Positions 61,461-64,000 of a DNA stretch of 64,000 nt are shown in pieces. Source of the DNA: Felis catus (taxonomy: Eukaryota); the NCBI RefSeq assembly GCF_018350175.1, contig NC_058374.1, positions 83,328,001 through 83,392,000 of the forward strand. Direction: 5' to 3'. The position numbers and the translations under genes are program-made. How positions within the stretch are numbered: position 1 is the first letter of the stretch; each line of letters starts with the position of its first letter. The notes beneath the pieces were generated by a model. It was given only the letters and a program-made list of their open reading frames with translations. It was not told where the DNA came from and ran no database searches.

Positions 61461-61755
61461 CTGGAGGGGAAACAGACAGAGGGGTAAAGCTGGTACCCTC
61501 ATCCTCTCATCTCTACTCCCATACTTTCATGATGGTTTCCATTCTCCTTCTTAAAGGAAGTACATCTCTCCTCCCCTCGTGTCAGAAGATTCAGGGCCCC
61601 AGAGAACCTGAGTGGGGAGACTAAGAAACACCTCCAAACCTTGCCTTGACAGAATATGCTTCACTTTCTGACTACATGAATTTTCCCGGTCACAATGACC
61701 AACAGCTTGGTCATCTGCCCCCAGGCTGGCCCTCACCCCCAGCTCATGGCCTTAC

Positions 61756-61883
61756 TTCTCAGTCACGGAGATTAGAAGCTGCCTCTGTGTGGCATCCAGC
61801 ACAGCCTGGTACATTTTGGTTAGCAGTTCAATCACATGTTCGCTGACCAGCAGGAAGTCCCCCCTGGAGCCCACTGATGATAT
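61756..61883 (-). CDS. MYO1A: MYO1A exon (128 nt)
   Basis: ISSVGSRGDFLLVSEHVIELLTKMYQAVLDATQRQLLISVTE(K). Confidence 0.95.
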
Positions 61884-62060
61884 CTTAGGAAGGGGGAAAA
61901 AGTGGGGAAGGGATTCATTTTTCCCTCTGCAGGAGCAGCCTGAGAGGCACTGAAGGCCCAGAGTGAGAGGTCTGGTCCTCATCACCTCCAGCCCACCCCA
62001 GCCCCGTGATGCCCACCACCTTCTCCAGCGTGAGGTACTGCACCCACAGAGCTCTGATAC

Positions 62061-62213
62061 CTCATTCAGATGCAAGCTGAAAAGCCCATCCTTGAAGCTG
62101 GTGACTGACACCTCGGCCACACTATCTAGTCCAATGACGGTTTTGGCCTGGGACTTCTTGGTGTCTATGAGAATCACATGCCCCTTGGTCAAGAGAAGAA
62201 TTCGAGAGGAAGT
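62061..62213 (-). CDS. MYO1A: MYO1A exon (153 nt)
   Basis: TSSRILLLTKGHVILIDTKKSQAKTVIGLDSVAEVSVTSFKDGLFSLHLNE. Confidence 0.95.
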
Positions 62214-62329
62214 CTAAGGACAGAAGAGGAAAATGTGAGGAAAGGTGAAGATTAACCCCACCCTTCCAGCTACCAGTCCCAAGGCTCTGGATCCGGCCGT
62301 GGGCAGAAGTCCAGGGTGCAGGCATTCAC

Positions 62330-62462
62330 CTTGCCATTGCCACGATTGACCTTCTTCACAGTGTCTGCCATCAGAACAGGCCCTTCCTCCCCGCCCTTCA
62401 GCTTCTGCAGCTTGGGGTTCCCTTGCAGCCCAAGGTAGTCACCGCAGAATGGAATGGGGACA
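62330..62462 (-). CDS. MYO1A: MYO1A exon (133 nt)
   Basis: (S)VPIPFCGDYLGLQGNPKLQKLKGGEEGPVLMADTVKKVNRGNGK. Confidence 0.96.
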
Positions 62463-62577
62463 CTGAAGACACACAGGAGGTATGTGGTGGAGACAAGTTC
62501 CTCACCACTGACCCCCAAGGCCCTGAGCCTCCCCACAGTGAGTTCCCATGTCCCTTCCCCCATGCTCCACCATATCC

Positions 62578-62762
62578 TCTATCTCAGCATGGTCCAGGAC
62601 CAACATCAGCATCCCCTGAGAACTTGTTAGAAAGGCAAATTATTGGGCCCCAGCCCCAGATCTGCTGAATCAGAAACTCTGGGCGGGGGGTGGTGCAGCC
62701 ATCTGGGTGTCATCAAGCCTGCCAAGTGGTGCTGATGCACACTAGTTTGGGGACCACTGCCC
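62578..62762. mobile_element. MER5A-like MITE in MYO1A intron
   Basis: catcagcatcccctgagaacttgttagaaaggcaaattattgggccccagccccagatctgctgaatcagaaactctggg. Confidence 0.75.
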
Positions 62763-62831
62763 TATCCCACCTGGGGGATCCTGTCTTTGCTCTGGATGAA
62801 ACTGACTGTGCAGGGTCTGCGGGGCCCTCAC

Positions 62832-62938
62832 CTCTGGGGGTAGGAAGCCTTCTTGCCCTTGAACAGTTCACTGGCACAGAGCTTCTCCTTCAGGATCTCT
62901 ACCTGCTTTGGGGACAGTCGATCCCGGAATCTCTTGCA
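62832..62938 (-). CDS. MYO1A: MYO1A exon (107 nt)
   Basis: CKRFRDRLSPKQVEILKEKLCASELFKGKKASYPQ(S). Confidence 0.96.
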
Positions 62939-63247
62939 CTGTGAGAGGGAGGGGCAGGGGCTAAGCTCGTGGAGGCAGAAGGCAGGCCTGGGGTGGGGGT
63001 TTGGGAGAACACTGAGAGGTGGAAGGAGGGCAGGGGCTGGAAAAGAGGAGAGACAGGGAATAGAATAGGCTCTAGGCACTTCAGAGAGGGCAGCTGCTGG
63101 AGGAGCACTGCCCCCCCTCAAAGGGACTCTGGGAGAGGGGGATGGAAACAATCAAATGTGTCAGACCCAGGAGGAGGGCTATATGCCAGCACACAGCACA
63201 AGGCCTACTCTAGACAGGTGCTCGGTACATATTTCCTGAATGGAAGC

Positions 63248-63555
63248 ACACTGTGCTGAGTGAAATAAGCCAGATAGAAAAGGACAAATGTATGATTCTA
63301 CTTCCATGAGGTACCGAGAACAGTCAAATTCACAGAGAAAGTCGATTATAAGTCCCAGGGGCTACAAGAGTGGGGAATGGGGAGTTACTGCTTAATGTGT
63401 ACAGGATTGCAGTTTGGGCTGATAAAAAAGAAATACAGAGACGGATGGTGGTGACGGCTGCACAATAGTGTGAACGTGCTTTATGACACCGGACTTACAA
63501 ATGGTTAAGATGGCCAATTTTGTGATCTATGTTGTTTTCACCATGAAGAAAAAAA
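63248..63555 (+). mobile_element. L1MB-like 3' end fragment
   Basis: gctgagtgaaataagccag..aaggacaaatgtatgattctact..atggtggtgacggctgcacaa..aaatggttaagatgg. Confidence 0.8.
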
Positions 63556-63638
63556 GTGGAAGAAGGAGGCAGAAGATGAAAATCAGAGGGAGGAGGAAAA
63601 AAAGACAAATGAGAGGAGTCGTGCTGGGCCCCACTCAC

Positions 63639-63773
63639 CTTCCAGCGGTAGAAGAGCTGCTGTAGCTCCTGGTTTGCTGTGTTGAAGCATCTGTAAGGGG
63701 CCGCTGGCCACGTTCTGTCCAGGATGTTGGTAGACGGCAAATTGTTCCTCAGCCCCAGCAGGAACTTCTGCGT
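63639..63773 (-). CDS. MYO1A: MYO1A exon (135 nt); upstream exons lie beyond the window
   Basis: TQKFLLGLRNNLPSTNILDRTWPAAPYRCFNTANQELQQLFYRWK; AG 63775-63774, GT 63638-63637. Confidence 0.92.
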
Positions 63774-64000
63774 CTAGATTGGAAGCAGGGGGATTGGGAG
63801 TGGACGGATGAGAAGACAGACCTCCCAACAGGCAAACTCTCATCCAGGACCTGCCACCTGAAAGGAGGGAGGCCACCCAGAGTAAGAAGCAACAAGTAGA
63901 GCGAGGAGTCAGAAGGGAGTCACCTCCTGGATCTCTTGTGGGTCCAGTGTTCACTGGAGGCTGGGCAGTGAGAGCGTGAACAGGAGACTGGGAGGGAGGG

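Overview
Felid genomic DNA, probably Felis or a close relative (many Can-SINEs, including one very young Felis-type copy), syntenic to human 12q13.3. Gene order: decayed RDH16-like exon (-), SDR9C7 (-, 4 exons, intact 313 aa), RDH16 (-, 4 exons, intact 317 aa), a partial upstream RDH16 paralog (exon 1' and exon 3' only), GPR182/ACKR5 (+, 156-N assembly gap in the CDS), ZBTB39 (-, 711 aa, CpG-island promoter), TAC3 (-, 126-aa preprotachykinin B) and the last six coding exons of MYO1A (-). Exon boundaries were read by hand from GT/AG sites and phase. Gene names and human comparisons come from my recall of orthologous proteins, not a database search; repeat subfamily names and repeat ends are approximate. 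The best candidate for an undescribed system is the RDH16 duplication. It has an intact duplicated first coding exon that could splice in frame into exon 2 of the intact gene, a duplicated exon 3 that would act as a frameshifting poison exon, a consensus CTCF site and a CpG-rich putative non-coding exon between the two promoters, and three 97-99% identical blocks set in ~70% diverged paralogous DNA (a gene-conversion mosaic or an assembly artefact). Second is a ~150-bp CpG-undepleted, homeodomain-motif-rich element in the last intron of TAC3.
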